DNA from: Patescibacteria group bacterium
GTDB taxonomy: Bacteria; Patescibacteriota; Patescibacteriia; GWA2-46-9
Assembly (NCBI GenBank): GCA_041660005.1
Contig: JBAZXG010000002.1
Span: forward strand, 122,037 to 186,036
Reading direction: 5' to 3'
DNA: 64,000 nt
The stretch's first letter is position 1, and each line of letters starts with the position of its first letter. This document shows positions 9,285 through 19,838 of the stretch, in pieces. Position numbers and translations under genes: made by a program. Under the pieces are notes generated by a model, which had not been told where the DNA came from, made no database searches, and saw only the letters and a program-made list of their open reading frames with translations.

Positions 9285-9660
9285 TTGTCCATTTCTTTGT
9301 GCGGGCAAAGAAATGGACGAAAGAAAGCCCGCCCCGCATCGACGCTCCAGGTCGGCAGTCATTCCGAAACAAACACGGCGGCAATGAACTCGCCTTCAGC
9401 TCAAACAGCATTGCCGCTCAGTCGTGTTCGTTTCGTCTGTCTGTTCTCCCCGGTCGATGAGGGGGTGTTGCAGAGTCCAAATCCCATAGGATCGGCGTCA
9501 GAGCTTGCGATGGAAGTGAGTGCTCTAATCTTTTAGGAGACGGTCGTGGTAATGCGAACAGGGTCTGTGGCGTTTGCTAGTTGTTGATAATTTTTGACTT
9601 GCAGTTTTGCCTTTTGATTTTTGAATTACTACTTACCTGTGCAGCCCGAGGACGTTATGT
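9285..9660 (+). repeat. Structured dispersed element family E, copy 1
   Basis: Terminal hairpin GTCCATTTCTTTG-tgcggg-CAAAGAAATGGAC, apical ATGAACTC..CTCAAACAGCAT, tail CAGCCCGAGGACGTTATG. Confidence 0.8.
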
Positions 9661-9753
9661 TTGAAAATTTAAAACAATGTTTTTTAAGTGAACAAAAAAT
9701 GAGCACGACGGTTATCGTGCGTAAAGCTTATAGCGTATAACGTATAGCTTATT

Positions 9754-11280
9754 TTATTCCCATTCCGTCGTCGCTGGCGGTTTTGAGGTGATGTCGTAGA
9801 GAACGCGGGTTGCGCCTTTTACTTCGTTTGTTATGCGCCAGGAAAGACGTGCTAGAAAAGCGTGCGGTAATTGCGCCCAGTCTGCGGTCATGATGTCTGA
9901 AGAAGTGATGATGCGGACCACCACGGGATAAGCATAACAGCGTTCGTCCCCAGTAACACCGACTGTTTTTTGACTGAGCACCTGTGCAAAGTAGTGATAA
10001 AATTCATCTTCTTTTTTCACGCGGTGAATTTCTTGGCGCACAATTAAATCTGCTTCACGCACAATGCGCAATTTTTCTGGCGTAACCTCGCCCGCAATGC
10101 GTATGGCGAGACCCGGCCCCGGGAAGGGTTGTCGCCAAACGAGCGCCTTTGGTAGACCCAGTGATTCTCCAAGTTCGCGTACTTCGTCTTTGAAGAGGTC
10201 ACGTAGTGGCTCAATTAACTTCCATTTGATTCCTTTCGGAAGACCGCCCACATTGTGATGTGATTTAATAACGCGTGCTGTTTTACCGCTCGCGGCTCCT
10301 GCAGACTCAATGACATCTGAGTGAATAGTCCCTTGGGCGAGAAACGTTGGACGCGGGTGTATATTTTTGACGGCTCGATCAAACGTGCGAATAAATTCTT
10401 TGCCGATAATTTTTCTTTTCTGTTCCCCGAAGGTAACACCCTTAAGTTTACTTAGAAATTGTCGCTCTGCATTAATGTAACGGACGCGACAACCGAGTGT
10501 AGAGAGGATTGCGTGCACCTCATCTGGCTCGTTTTGCCGCATGAGTCCTTGGTTTACAAAAATCGCAGTCAACTGTTTTCCGATTGCGCGGCTGATGAGC
10601 GCTGCTGTTACTGTGGAGTCAACACCTCCAGAAACCGCAGCAACAACTGGTTCGTTGCCGACGGTACTTTGAATAGTTTTAATTTTTCGCTCCACAACAT
10701 TTTTAATGTCCCAGTCTTTTTTGCATTTGGCGACAATAAAAAGAAAGTTTTTTAGTAGCGTCATGCCGTAATCGGTGTGTTCAACTTCAGGGTGAAACTG
10801 AATGCCATAAAGCTTCTTTTTTTCGTTTGCAATTGCCGCGTCGGGAGAATTGTCGGTCGTCGCTATATGGGTGAATCCTAACGGCAGTTTAGTGACAATG
10901 TCACCGTGCGACATCCAAACACGCGAGCGCTCAGGAATATTTTTAAAAAGTGGTGTTGCTTTTTCTAGGCGGAGCGTCGCCGGACCGTATTCTCCCTTTT
11001 TTCCCCGTCCGACTTCTCCGCCGAGCTTATGCGCCATGAGTTGCATGCCGTAACAAACACCGAGAACAGGAATGCCGAGTTGGAAAAGCTGCTTGCTGTA
11101 GCTCGGCGCGCCGGTAGTGTAGACAGAATTTGGCCCACCTGAGAGCACAATAGCGCAGGCGTTTTTCAGTTTTGAAGTGGGTGTGGTAAAAGGAACGAGT
11201 GTCGCCTCTACTCCCAGCGAACGAATACGCCTACCAATGAGGTGGGAGTACTGTGAACCGAAGTCAATGACGTACACCAT
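9754..11280 (-). CDS. guaA: GMP synthase (glutamine-hydrolysing)
   Basis: DFGSQY, GVCYGMQ, QFHPEV, SGGVDS, KSHHNVGG, SKPPATTEWE. Confidence 0.97.
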   Translation of the reverse strand: MVYVIDFGSQYSHLIGRRIRSLGVEATLVPFTTPTSKLKNACAIVLSGGPNSVYTTGAPSYSKQLFQLGIPVLGVCYGMQLMAHKLGGEVGRGKKGEYGPATLRLEKATPLFKNIPERSRVWMSHGDIVTKLPLGFTHIATTDNSPDAAIANEKKKLYGIQFHPEVEHTDYGMTLLKNFLFIVAKCKKDWDIKNVVERKIKTIQSTVGNEPVVAAVSGGVDSTVTAALISRAIGKQLTAIFVNQGLMRQNEPDEVHAILSTLGCRVRYINAERQFLSKLKGVTFGEQKRKIIGKEFIRTFDRAVKNIHPRPTFLAQGTIHSDVIESAGAASGKTARVIKSHHNVGGLPKGIKWKLIEPLRDLFKDEVRELGESLGLPKALVWRQPFPGPGLAIRIAGEVTPEKLRIVREADLIVRQEIHRVKKEDEFYHYFAQVLSQKTVGVTGDERCYAYPVVVRIITSSDIMTADWAQLPHAFLARLSWRITNEVKGATRVLYDITSKPPATTEWE

Positions 11281-11298
11281 GGGGAGTTGAATGGTAAC

Positions 11299-12300
11299 TT
11301 ATTTGATAAACGTTGCAGCGAATGCGTTATCGATGCACGTTTTAATTTCTTGCTCAGAAAAAACTTTGTTGTTTTTTAGAAATTCTAATTCTTTTTCCAG
11401 GTTCGTTTCATACATTTCTGGGCCGTCAGTATTGATGGTCAATTTGACCCCAGCAGCAAACAGTGTGCGATATGCTTTTTTAAGCTCGGCAAGATTTTTA
11501 AATACCCCCACCTTAAGGTTTGAAGTGGGACAGGCTTCAAGAGCTATATTTTTTTCGGCGAGCAAGTTCATCAGTTTTGGATTGCGGTATGATTTGACCC
11601 CATGACCGATGCGCATAGGTTCAATTTTTTTCACCACAAATTCCATTTCTTTGAGAGATCCTTCCTCGCCCGTATGAATCGTAACCCCGAGCCCTTTCTT
11701 TTTTGCTTCTCTGAACAAGTCGACATACTGGCTCATTCTGAAAGTTTGTTTTTGTGGGCCAGCGATATCGATACCGATAATGCCTCGATGCTGGTATTTG
11801 AGCGTTTTTTGATAAATGATTTCGTTTTGTTCAAAGGTGAATTCACGATCGAGCATGAGAATGATGCCGGCGCGAACGGTCGGGTATTCGAGCAGTGCTC
11901 GTTCGAGCCCGCGGATGGCAGCATGAATAATGTGATCGAGATCGCGCTCGCCGTTACGGTTACGCTTCATGGGGTTGAAGCGAATTTCGTGGAGCACAAT
12001 GTTATGTGACCGATATGCTCCGCCAATCGTTTGATGCACAGCTGGCTCCATGGCTACTGGTGAAGATTGAATGAGCTCAGTCCAGTGGTATTTGGCGCGA
12101 TCAATCTCTTTCAAACTTTTATAATTGCGTTTGACGGTTACCATGTCTTCAAACTCCCAGTAGTTTTTCGTGGGAAGACGAATCCCTTGGTCATGCGCGA
12201 GCGTCCAAAGTACAGCCGCATCTACTGCGCCCCCCATGTGCGTGTGCAGTTCAGCCAAAGGAATTCTTTTTGCGGTTGGTAAATGTTGTTCGTTTGGCAT
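11299..12300 (-). CDS. add: Adenosine/AMP deaminase family protein
   Basis: ELHTHMGG, HTGE, RIGHG, CPTSN, INTDGP; ATG 12300 just after the guaB stop. Confidence 0.85.
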   Translation of the reverse strand: MPNEQHLPTAKRIPLAELHTHMGGAVDAAVLWTLAHDQGIRLPTKNYWEFEDMVTVKRNYKSLKEIDRAKYHWTELIQSSPVAMEPAVHQTIGGAYRSHNIVLHEIRFNPMKRNRNGERDLDHIIHAAIRGLERALLEYPTVRAGIILMLDREFTFEQNEIIYQKTLKYQHRGIIGIDIAGPQKQTFRMSQYVDLFREAKKKGLGVTIHTGEEGSLKEMEFVVKKIEPMRIGHGVKSYRNPKLMNLLAEKNIALEACPTSNLKVGVFKNLAELKKAYRTLFAAGVKLTINTDGPEMYETNLEKELEFLKNNKVFSEQEIKTCIDNAFAATFIK

Positions 12301-12301
12301 A

Positions 12302-13360
12302 CTAAGCAGTATAGTTTGGCGCCTGTCGTTCGATAATAATTGAGTGTGGATGACTTTCGGCTCGTCCTGCAGGCGTGATACGTATGAAGCGGGCTTTTTT
12401 CTGGAGCTCAGGAATCGTTTTTGCGCCGCAGTACCCCATGCCAGATTTGAGACCACCGGCGATATGGAAAAGGATGTCGGAAACGCCGCCCTTGAAGGGG
12501 ACAATGCCTTCAACTCCTTCTGGCACATATTTCGCGGCACCCTTTTGCCCATAGCGGTCTGAGCTCTGGCCGTTTTGCATAGCACCCAAAGAGCCCATGC
12601 CGCGGTAGCGTTTGAATTGTTTCTTATTGATAGTAATAACATCTCCAGGTGCTTCACTTGAACCGGCGAGCATGGAGCCAAGCATGACTACCGAGGCGCC
12701 AGCGGCCAGCGCCTTGACGACATCACCAGAATAACGAATGCCGCCATCTGCGATTACTGGAATGTTTTTCTTTTTGGCGACCGCGGTGATCTCCATAATG
12801 GCCGTGAGTTGTGGAACACCCACACCAGCAACAATGCGGGTGGTGCAAATAGCACCTGGTCCGACGCCAACTTTCAGCGCATCGGCGTAGGGGAGAAATG
12901 CTTTGGCTGCTGCGGCCGTTGCAATGTTACCGATGATCAATTCAGCTCGCAGTTTTCGTCTAAAAATTTTCATGCTCTGAATAACATCTGGTTTGTGAAC
13001 ATGTGCTGCGTCAACAGCAATAACGTCAACCCCCGCTTTGTCGAGCGCGAGCGCCCGTTCGAGATCATGCGGCCCGACAGCAGCACCAACGCGTGCCTTC
13101 TTTTTTTTCACTGCCTGCACCATTGTAACCTGTTCGGCAGTTGTGCAGTTTCTGTGCAGGATTCCTAGCCCGCCGATGGCATCCAAAGCTATTGCCATCC
13201 GGCTTTCGGTGATTGTATCCATGGCTGCAGAAATAATAGGCAAAGCAAGACGCAGCTTTTTTGTAAGCCGCGTTTCAATGCTCGCCTCTCGTGGATTAAT
13301 GTTCGAGAGCTGAGGAACCAGGAGGACGTCGTCGAAGGTGATACCTAAAGGAATGTCCAT
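12302..13360 (-). CDS. guaB: IMP dehydrogenase lacking the CBS subdomain
   Basis: [44 protein letters not shown]; 352 aa. Confidence 0.95.
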   Translation of the reverse strand: MDIPLGITFDDVLLVPQLSNINPREASIETRLTKKLRLALPIISAAMDTITESRMAIALDAIGGLGILHRNCTTAEQVTMVQAVKKKKARVGAAVGPHDLERALALDKAGVDVIAVDAAHVHKPDVIQSMKIFRRKLRAELIIGNIATAAAAKAFLPYADALKVGVGPGAICTTRIVAGVGVPQLTAIMEITAVAKKKNIPVIADGGIRYSGDVVKALAAGASVVMLGSMLAGSSEAPGDVITINKKQFKRYRGMGSLGAMQNGQSSDRYGQKGAAKYVPEGVEGIVPFKGGVSDILFHIAGGLKSGMGYCGAKTIPELQKKARFIRITPAGRAESHPHSIIIERQAPNYTA

Positions 13361-13425
13361 AGTGATAATGTATGGGCGTAGTATATATGAAAACCGGCTG
13401 TTCGCACAGCCGGTTTTCGACTCGT

Positions 13426-14661
13426 TTATCCTATAGGGGACCCAGTAGCGTAGCTATTGAGATGCTCCGTCGAAACCGTAACAATTTCGGACCAGCTATA
13501 ATCAAGTGCGTTAAAGACGTCTGCCGACAGGAATAGTCGTTTCTGGTTGTCTTGCAGTAAATAGATTCCCGGGTCTTTGTCAGTTTTTATCAGATTCGCG
13601 TTCGGATAGGCGTTGATATCAAGTGCGTCAACGACGGCAACATTGCCCCATTGATTCTGTGGGTATGAAACAAACGCAGTTGGCGATGGCATGTTAATTT
13701 TTAACCACTGTCGCTCCTTACGTGTGTAGATGAAGTAAATCGTAGCGTCTTCAGGCGTGCGTACGAGACGTGATTCTGGATAACGGTCGAGCGTTGTTTG
13801 CGATACTGTTTTAATTTGGTTGTAGTGGTAGTCGTATTTCTCGAAAGCTGTTGGACTTGTGATGTAGTGTCGGTATCCGTTGGCATAAATAGCATAGACC
13901 GCAGGACTCTCCGCTGTTTTAAACAATGCTACAGCTGGTGTGTAGCCAGTAGTACTTGCACCAAGAACGGTACCGTGTGTGGTGCTGTCATTATTCGTAC
14001 CAGAGCCTGCGGGCGGCGTTGGTGCGCCAGTTAGTGGCACGTCATCAACGGAGCAGCCTGGTGGGAGAGGTGCGTAATAAAGTGAAGTTGGCGCGTCAAA
14101 CTTAAACACTGAGTACGGTCGTGATCGCTCTGCAAAGTAAATATTGAGTTCATGAACACCCTCTGTCAGAGAGACATCTTTTGTTCCATTTGCGCCCCGG
14201 TAAGAGTTGCCGAGGTTGATGAGTAAATTACCGTCGATGTAGAGCCAGGCGTCGTTGTTCGCAGTAACTTTAAACGTATACGTTCCTGTTGTCGGCACCA
14301 CGATGCCTGATCGCCAGTGGGTGGCGAAGTGAAATGGATCGCCAGCTTTGCCGGTGTTAACCGGCATAAAGTTATCGCCAAAGTTTATATTTTGGTCAAC
14401 GCGTGAAAATACAAAATAGTCCTTGCCGTACCAGTAGTTATTTGGACCTTCTTCAGTTGTGTAGGCATAGATATTTCCTTGTATACCCGGATCGCTTTCT
14501 GCCATGTTGTAGTACTGACCATAGAAACCTTTTTCGTGCTGAACAATATTTTTGTCGCAGACCGGTGTCGTTTCCGCGCGCACGGTCATACCGCTCGCGA
14601 GTGTTGCGAGGAGAGTAATGCCAATGAAAATTCGCCCGCAGGCGTTACTGCGCTTATACAT
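13426..14661 (-). CDS. Secreted/surface protein with PA14 domain and C-terminal repeat domains
   Basis: Signal peptide; FYGQYYN..FATHWRSGIVVPTTGTYTFKVTANNDAWLYIDG; GTVLGAS linker; three KT..SPAVY/IY-type repeats. Confidence 0.75.
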   Translation of the reverse strand: MYKRSNACGRIFIGITLLATLASGMTVRAETTPVCDKNIVQHEKGFYGQYYNMAESDPGIQGNIYAYTTEEGPNNYWYGKDYFVFSRVDQNINFGDNFMPVNTGKAGDPFHFATHWRSGIVVPTTGTYTFKVTANNDAWLYIDGNLLINLGNSYRGANGTKDVSLTEGVHELNIYFAERSRPYSVFKFDAPTSLYYAPLPPGCSVDDVPLTGAPTPPAGSGTNNDSTTHGTVLGASTTGYTPAVALFKTAESPAVYAIYANGYRHYITSPTAFEKYDYHYNQIKTVSQTTLDRYPESRLVRTPEDATIYFIYTRKERQWLKINMPSPTAFVSYPQNQWGNVAVVDALDINAYPNANLIKTDKDPGIYLLQDNQKRLFLSADVFNALDYSWSEIVTVSTEHLNSYATGSPIG

Positions 14662-14998
14662 AGCAAAAAATTAGACGGTTCATTACGTAAAAAATTACGT
14701 AATCGAGTAAGATAGCAGGTTTCGGCCGTTCTGTCAACCGTAGCGGCGAGGACATCCCTCGTCAGTTGATACAAGGGTAAGTGTTTTAGATAAGTAATGA
14801 CGGGGTGAACTGAAGATTTCTGGTGAGGAAAATCTGAAGCAAAATTCCCTCATGGGGTAGCGCAGGAGTTTGCGCCTGAGCTATTGCAGGGGCATACCCT
14901 ATGCTCAATATTGAAATGAGCGTAAGGAGAATAAATTTTTCAGAGCGTAAACCTTTCTTCTCTAAAAAGAATGACACCACTAGCTTATTTAAGTCATT

Positions 14999-16519
14999 TT
15001 AGCTCGGTTGCTGATAATCTTTGTATTGTTCAAGCTCAGGATTTTTTGAGTTAAGAATTTTATCCGCTGTCATGCGGGATATGTTAAGCGATTGCCACTT
15101 CGAAAAATAGTGAGAGTCGCCATTGTTAGCACGGAGGTATAACTCACGAGCGAATCCTTTTCTCAAGTCCTCGTTCGGTATGTTTAACACCTTGATCGTA
15201 TCGGGTATAGCATCACTTGAGAGGCGGCTCAAGTAGTAAATATCAAGTTTCCCGGTGGTAACGAACCGCTCAATATTACGACGCGCGATAAATGCATCTG
15301 GATTAAGAAAGTTTATGGCCGCCAGAAACAAAGCAATTGCAGTGAAAACATGAAAAGCAAAAGTGTTTTCTCTTTTATCTTTATAGATTTTATAGAGCAA
15401 TAAACAAAAGATAATCGCTAACAAAATAATAAATGAATGGCTATACAATCGTAGGGTTGTAAAGCCGTAGGCTTCCTCGTAGAACGATAAGCGCATAAAA
15501 GCAGACGCCATGGTTAAAATTACCTGGATTACCAGCGCGGTGCTTAGTATCTTGAACCCCAGTGTGTGCCCAGTGTCTTTTTTCTTGGCAATGTATTTTT
15601 CAGTGGTGAGAAGCAACAACAGAGAGATCATTGCTACTGCTATAAGTTCAAAAAAGCCGCGTCGTGCATACTCGGCATAGGTAAAGCCCTGAGAAGAAAT
15701 GTTGCTTTCTCCACCAAAAAGGTACGTTAGTTGAACGACAATAAAAATGAAAAATAGAACGTTGACCGAACCAAGCAGGATAGAACTTTCTATATGTCCA
15801 ACGCTACGACCTGCACGAGTTAGTTGCGCAGCATTTTGCTCCCCCTTTTCTTCTCGAAAAGTGTAGGAATATGCGCCAATATAAACAAGGGTAGCGATCA
15901 AAACTAACACAGACCTTAAAATCGTTTCCGGCTTAATATTAATAGTGATTAAATCGGAAACGTATTTTTGAAAAATCAAATCCGCAGATGAGAAGAGCAA
16001 TACAAAAACAACCAGAACGGGGGTCGCCATTACAACGCCTCTCACAACCTGTGATAAAACTTTTTGTTCCTTAGATACTCCGGGTAGTGAGAATAAATTG
16101 GACAGTGTTTGGAGTAGTGGTCGAATAAAACTCAATGGTAGGAAAAATATCTTTATATAATCTCTCATCCAAAATGCTTTCATCTTCCCACCGAAAGACA
16201 CCTCGGCAATGAGAAGCAGCAACAACAATGAAGCGACCACGTTAAGGAATATAAGTAAGTAGCTGGAACGGACGAGAACCATTGCGCTGAAAAACATGAG
16301 TGGTATCAAAAGCCAATACACCTCTTTGCTCATCTGTTTCTTCAAGAAGTGTGCGATAGTAAAAAGCCCAACTACAATAAGAAAGATATAGAGCGGGAAG
16401 GCAATCCCCGGGACCTTGGCATAGAAAAAGTAATCAAAAAGCAAACCGAGGACCAAAGATACCCCGACTACTACTCCTGCTTTGGTTAAAGTATTATATT
16501 GTGAATTTTGTATATCCAT
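14999..16519 (-). CDS. DUF4173/DUF4153 family membrane protein
   Basis: LFSSADLIF, TYAEYARRGFFEL, YGFTTLRL, NPDAFIA, YLSRLSSDAIP. Confidence 0.85.
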   Translation of the reverse strand: MDIQNSQYNTLTKAGVVVGVSLVLGLLFDYFFYAKVPGIAFPLYIFLIVVGLFTIAHFLKKQMSKEVYWLLIPLMFFSAMVLVRSSYLLIFLNVVASLLLLLLIAEVSFGGKMKAFWMRDYIKIFFLPLSFIRPLLQTLSNLFSLPGVSKEQKVLSQVVRGVVMATPVLVVFVLLFSSADLIFQKYVSDLITINIKPETILRSVLVLIATLVYIGAYSYTFREEKGEQNAAQLTRAGRSVGHIESSILLGSVNVLFFIFIVVQLTYLFGGESNISSQGFTYAEYARRGFFELIAVAMISLLLLLTTEKYIAKKKDTGHTLGFKILSTALVIQVILTMASAFMRLSFYEEAYGFTTLRLYSHSFIILLAIIFCLLLYKIYKDKRENTFAFHVFTAIALFLAAINFLNPDAFIARRNIERFVTTGKLDIYYLSRLSSDAIPDTIKVLNIPNEDLRKGFARELYLRANNGDSHYFSKWQSLNISRMTADKILNSKNPELEQYKDYQQPS

Positions 16520-16692
16520 AAAATGTAATTAACGAACATCTCACCAAGCTACCCTCAAGGGCTTTTGCTCGCTTTCGCACGGAATAATTTTTGAACGACC
16601 TTGACGGAGGGAAAATCCGCCGCCGTTCCACTATGGCGGACAGCCTTTACTCAAAATGTCTGGCGTTAGCCAGCCGTAACTTTAGTGAAGGC

Positions 16693-16769
16693 TGGTGCCC
16701 TCGGCAGGAATCGAACCTGCAACCTTATGGGTAGAAACCATACGCTCTATCCAATTGAGCTACGAGGGC
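16693..16769 (-). tRNA. tRNA-Arg (anticodon TCT)
   Basis: Reverse complement GCCCTCGTAGCTCAATTGGATAGAGC-G-TATGG-TTTCTAC-CCATA..GCAGGTTCGATTCCTGC-CGAGGGC-A-CCA. Confidence 0.95.
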
Positions 16770-16921
16770 ATATTTAGCGAACTATTTTAACGGAACGGTC
16801 ACTGCATTGAGCCCCGATGTTGCAATCGGGGCCCCGACACGAAACCGTCGTCGGGGCTACGAGGGCGCACGGCGGGAAGTATATAGGAATAGCAGAGGAA
16901 TACCAGTCTAATGAGCTATTA

Positions 16922-17024
16922 TTTATTTTTGCCAATACCTCGTCGGCTTGCCGCGAAGATGTCATATACTGAGGCAAAAATATCCCTCGTAGCCGAGTTT
17001 GACTCGGCGAAGTGGGATTACCTA
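16922..17024. repeat. Dispersed element family F, copy 1 (overlaps the recombinase stop codon)
   Basis: TTTATTTTTGCCAATACCTCGTCGGCTTGCCGCGA..GGCAAAAATATCCCTCGTAGC..GCGAAGTGGGATTACCTA. Confidence 0.85.
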
Positions 17025-17983
17025 GTTTTCCCGTGAAACTGTTCGTGAACGTGACGCAGCTGTTGGTCGGTGAGGTGCGTGTAAATTTGCGTTGTGGTTA
17101 CTGAAGCGTGACCAAGAAGACTCTGCACTGACCGAAGATCAGCACCGTTAATAAGAAGGTCAGTGGCGAACGAGTGGCGGAGCGTATGCGGGCTCACTTT
17201 TTTTGTGATGCCGGCAACCTTGGCGTAGCGGCTGACGATGCGTTCAATACTGCGTGGTGTTAGTGGTGCGCCGCCCTCTTTGCGCTCGCGTTCCGTTTGT
17301 TTTGTCTTGGCGCGATCGTGGCGAATAAAAAGATAGGGCGAGGCGTCATGTCGCGCTTCAATATAAGAGCGAAGCAGCGCACGAGCGTCAGAAGAAAGAA
17401 ATACCACGCGCACCTTGCTACCCTTACCACGAACGCTGAATTCGGTGAGTGTATGCGCTTTGGTGTCGCGCAGGTTCACTTGGTCAATTTTTAAGTTTGC
17501 CAACTCAGAGACGCGCAGACCAGTTGAAAATGTTGATGCCAGCATCGCTTGGTCGCGTAGCATGAGAATTTTGGGCTGCTTCACGAGCGTTGGCGCGTTA
17601 AGTAGGCGTTCTAGTTCCGTGCTACTTAGAAATTCAATGGAGCGATCTGGCATTTTCATGAGTTCAATTTTCTCTGGCGCGAGACTCGTGACATCGCGCT
17701 TCGCTAGATATTTCAAAAATGAGCGCAGAGCAATGAGATGGTAATTCTGTGTATTTTTTTTAAGCGACTCACCCCGCGCATCAGTTAAACGATTCAGCCA
17801 TAGGCGATATTGCCGTATCAGCTCCGCGGATAGGTCTTTCGCATTTTTACTGCCACGTTCCTCGGCCCAGGCAACAAACCGATCAAGGTAGAAACTATAA
17901 TTGCGAATAGTCGCCGCGCTGCGGTTTCTTTCTATTTCTAAATATTCTAAAAATTCTTTGCGATAACGTTCGAGGTCGGCCAT
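17018..17983 (-). CDS. xerC: XerC/XerD family tyrosine recombinase
   Basis: SAM-like N-domain, STGLRVSEL, GKGSKVR, SPHTLRHSFATDLL, LLGHASVTTTQIYTH; ATG 17983. Confidence 0.88.
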   Translation of the reverse strand: MADLERYRKEFLEYLEIERNRSAATIRNYSFYLDRFVAWAEERGSKNAKDLSAELIRQYRLWLNRLTDARGESLKKNTQNYHLIALRSFLKYLAKRDVTSLAPEKIELMKMPDRSIEFLSSTELERLLNAPTLVKQPKILMLRDQAMLASTFSTGLRVSELANLKIDQVNLRDTKAHTLTEFSVRGKGSKVRVVFLSSDARALLRSYIEARHDASPYLFIRHDRAKTKQTERERKEGGAPLTPRSIERIVSRYAKVAGITKKVSPHTLRHSFATDLLINGADLRSVQSLLGHASVTTTQIYTHLTDQQLRHVHEQFHGKTR

Positions 17984-18611
17984 AGCAGTATTGTACGACA
18001 CAACAGAGTGTGTGGCTACTTTACATCGAAGATGACTTTGCGTTGATGCAGTGTTGCGTCGTGAGGAAGGAATAGTGCTGCGCGACGTGGTGTTGCTATT
18101 TTTGGCTGGCACGGTCGAGGGTTACTATTCAACACGTTATTAGGTCTATATCCTTTCACTCCTGAAGTTTACTGAAGGACATCTCCACAAGAAGAGGGCA
18201 AGAAGTTTGACCGCTCGTTTTCCGTCGCACACTACCGTGACCCATAAACCAATGGTGTTCGAGCGACATCACAAGGCTAGTATCTCTCGAAGTGAAGCCA
18301 TGATCGTGTCTGCATAAGCTGGATACAAAAAGCTGTGAATATTGAGAGAAAAAGAAAAAGACCCCCCGGCGCAGAGAAAAAATTTGCGCCGAAGGGTCGA
18401 GGTGATCGAGGATCAAGTCCTCAATTCGATCGAATGAATTGTGCTGTTACTACTGCACAAACGCGGACGCTCCTCCATAGCGTTTGTCTGTGTCGCCTTC
18501 TGCAAAACTAATATCGTAATCGAGTCGGCCGTTACGGATGCGCCAGTGGGCAGCCCCATAGAAGGATAAACCGGAGCCGCCGTAGTTACGGCGGAGGCGG
18601 AAAGACCACAC

Positions 18612-19424
18612 TTACCCGACGAAGAGCAGCCCGCCCGAATAGTCGCAGTACCCAAGCTCCAGGTACGACCTGCCGCTGACACTAATCCTGCTGTCGCGCG
18701 GGCCGAAGAACAACGACCCGCCGGACCGCCACTGGAGTGCGGCCATGTCATAGAGAAGAGTCATTCTGTCCCGCGCGAGCTCAGCCGGGTACATGACCTG
18801 GCCGATCGAGCTGTCGACACCACCAGTCAGAAGGAAACCCTCGTAAAGGTCCTCCATCTGCTCGCGCTGGGCGTTTATCGACCAGCCCTGCAAGGGATTC
18901 GGGAAGTATATCCCGACGACGGGACCTCCCCTCATGCGCTCGACGAGTCGCTCGTGACGGCTGCCCTCGACAATCGAGACCTGCTCGATGAGGTCCCCTT
19001 CGATGTTCTGACAGAACTTCCGGGCGGGGAACCGGGTCTCGTAGCTGCGGCCGACCGCAGGAAGGAAGGTCTCCTTCAATGCGCGACCGTAGTCCGACAC
19101 GTCGAACTGCGGGATCACGATCGGGAGGTGCACGGCCTTGAGGATGTTGGCAATGCTCGGCGTGCTCGCGATCTGCGCAAGCAGTGCCTCACTCTTGCAC
19201 TTGAAGCCGGCTTCGCCGAGAGCGAGCAGGCTCTCACCCTCGAAGGTGGACGACAGTCGTCCCCAGGGAGCGGTGTAGTCACACGCTGCCTGATCGGGGT
19301 TGTAGGTGAAGTCCGGTGCGCAGACAGCGGCCTTGATCCTCGTAGAAACAAGGCGTTGACCATTGTCCTCGTTGAAGAATATGGCCTCTTGCTCCCGATC
19401 TTCGTCGATCATTGATGTATTCAT
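18612..19424 (-). CDS. Hypothetical GC-rich protein, probable DGR target-type variable C-terminus
   Basis: RBS GGAG; ends SLFFGPRDSRISVSGRSYLELGYCDYSGGLLFVG; 7-bp stem/4-nt loop hairpin at 18577-18594. Confidence 0.7.
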   Translation of the reverse strand: MNTSMIDEDREQEAIFFNEDNGQRLVSTRIKAAVCAPDFTYNPDQAACDYTAPWGRLSSTFEGESLLALGEAGFKCKSEALLAQIASTPSIANILKAVHLPIVIPQFDVSDYGRALKETFLPAVGRSYETRFPARKFCQNIEGDLIEQVSIVEGSRHERLVERMRGGPVVGIYFPNPLQGWSINAQREQMEDLYEGFLLTGGVDSSIGQVMYPAELARDRMTLLYDMAALQWRSGGSLFFGPRDSRISVSGRSYLELGYCDYSGGLLFVG

Positions 19425-19838
19425 CTTCTTCGTTCCTCTTCTCCACTAGCCGCCCAAACAGGACGGGTTACAAACAAACCTCAAAAACGAACAGGTTGTT
19501 ACAGAACAATCAAAAAAGCTCTCCACCCGAGGGTGAAGAGCTTTCGTGCAAGTATCTAATAAAAAGCTACGCGCAAGACAACTCTCCACCCTTTCGAAGG
19601 GTGAGCAAACTAACCGTAAGAAGAGTTAGACTTGGCAATCGGTACATATTAATTAATGAAAAGTTACCACTCAACCTATTCAGCGTCAAGACGCGCGCGG
19701 TTTTCCGTTTTCTTGACATTCTCCCTCTTTTCAACTACACTCTCGCCACTACTTAGTTACTTACTATATTTAATAAGCGCGAACGCTCGGTCGGGGGAAC
19801 ACCCACTCTTGGCGTCTCGTAAGTGAAAAAACACCACT

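Noticed and set aside
12301-12681. N-terminal extension of the deaminase ORF overlapping guaB
   Set aside because: It is an alternative frame inside guaB. Family similarity begins at ATG 12300. The same reasoning trims ddl, purD, xerC, rpsF, murI and topA.
16693-19424. Prophage or genomic island made of tRNA-Arg plus the tyrosine recombinase
   Set aside because: The protein looks like housekeeping XerC/D, lies on the tRNA 5' side, and I found no tRNA-Arg 3' duplication or phage genes.
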